This document shows positions 63,001 through 64,000 of a DNA stretch of 64,000 bases, piece after piece. Below the pieces are notes generated by a model that was not told the DNA's origin, did no database searches, and saw only the letters and a program-made list of their open reading frames with translations. Every line of letters begins with the position of its first letter. The stretch's first letter is position 1. The stretch lies in contig OZ218950.1 in assembly GCA_965112735.1 (NCBI GenBank), positions 186,001 through 250,000 of the forward strand. Direction: 5' to 3'. A program made the position numbers and the translations under genes. The stretch is from Phaeosaccion multiseriatum (taxonomy: Eukaryota > Protista > Ochrophyta, other classes).

Positions 63001-64000
63001 AATGAGGACGGAGGAGGGAATGAATGGGACAGCTTGAAGGGGCAGAGGAGAGGAGGCGAGATGGGCAGAGGAGATGACTAAATGTATTGGAGGTGAAGCA
63101 TAGAACAAAACAAAAGAGGAGAGGAGATGAGAAGGGCCACCGGATACCAAATGGGGTACAACCAACCAACCAACCAACCAACCACCGGATACTGAGGCAT
63201 AGAGCAAGAGGAAGGTTGAGCCATTCCCAGACCCGTATGCCTGCAGAAGAGATGGTGAGATGGTGAGATAGTGAGTAGATGCTCGAGCAGTAGAGGAAGG
63301 GAGAACAGGGGCCACAAGGAGAGGGGCCAGGACCAAGCACGAGAGAGGAGGGAGGGATGGGGTAGAAGCAGTGAGTGGAGGGAGGAGCAAGGAGGGGGGC
63401 AAGGGCGGGCCATTGTGATTGTGTTGGTCCCCTTTTCAATGAAGCGTGAGGGCCGTGTCGTCGTGCCGTTTCGGCGTGTGGGAGAGGGACCAAAGTCCTC
63501 TCCAGTGGTGAAGGGTTGGGAGGACCAAGCTTTTTAGAGGAAGACGAGTAGATTGAAGTAATTCATTGGTTTTCCTTTTTCTAGTTTTTTTCCTTCCTCC
63601 TCCCCCAAAGCGTTTAATCATACCATACAATACGTATTCATTTAAAAAAAAAAACCAAGTGAAAAGTGAAGGAAGAGTGGCACAGCCATCACTGTCCTTG
63701 TCTATTTAGTATAAATGTGCTTTTAATTAAGAAGCGAGGCATGGAGCCTTTTCCCTCGCGTGTTGGTTCTCTACTGTATCACTTGTTACATGGGCCCTTT
63801 GCTAGTGCTCGTGATTGCAGGGAGGTCTGCCTGTTTCAACCGTTTCAAGACCCACGCTCCCTCCCTCCCCCCCCCTGACGCATTCGGACCATTTACCACA
63901 CGTCCCTCACGGCGGGGCAAAAACCATTTAAGCCGACGCAACACCCCCCCACCCCTCTTGATCAAGCAGCTTCCACTTCCTCCCTCCCTCCTCCTCCATT

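Overview
Eukaryotic, intron-rich, GC-rich genomic DNA, most likely a photosynthetic stramenopile (ochrophyte alga). This is inferred from a PsbP-like thylakoid-lumen gene, signal-peptide-bearing genes and an EsV-1-7-type cysteine-repeat protein. The left ~26 kb is dominated by five copies (three full-length ~6.74 kb, one 5'-truncated, one cut by the window edge) of a CRE-clade-like restriction-like-endonuclease non-LTR retrotransposon. Its protein carries a C2H2 finger, two RING fingers, an RT, a CCHC knuckle and an RLE. Every copy sits at the same site (GAGGGGTGCGA[C/G]A^AG) and in the same antisense orientation within the 75/81-bp coding repeats of a tandemly duplicated host gene family. That family encodes WRKY19-like C-x4-C...GGLC-x2-HG zinc-finger repeat proteins, and an uninterrupted paralog (27863-29008) shows the empty target. 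This looks like a sequence-specific retroelement that targets a protein-coding tandem repeat. The right part holds ordinary genes: USP12/46-like protease, Tas-like aldo-keto reductase, cysteinyl-tRNA synthetase, a RING protein, an EsV-1-7 repeat protein, a hypothetical protein and a PsbP-like protein. It also has a ~150-nt hairpin and a strikingly frequent 16-bp motif (TGTATCACCAACTGCT) found in introns and in several coding frames. Many apparent frameshifts fall in G/C homopolymers and are probably sequencing errors.
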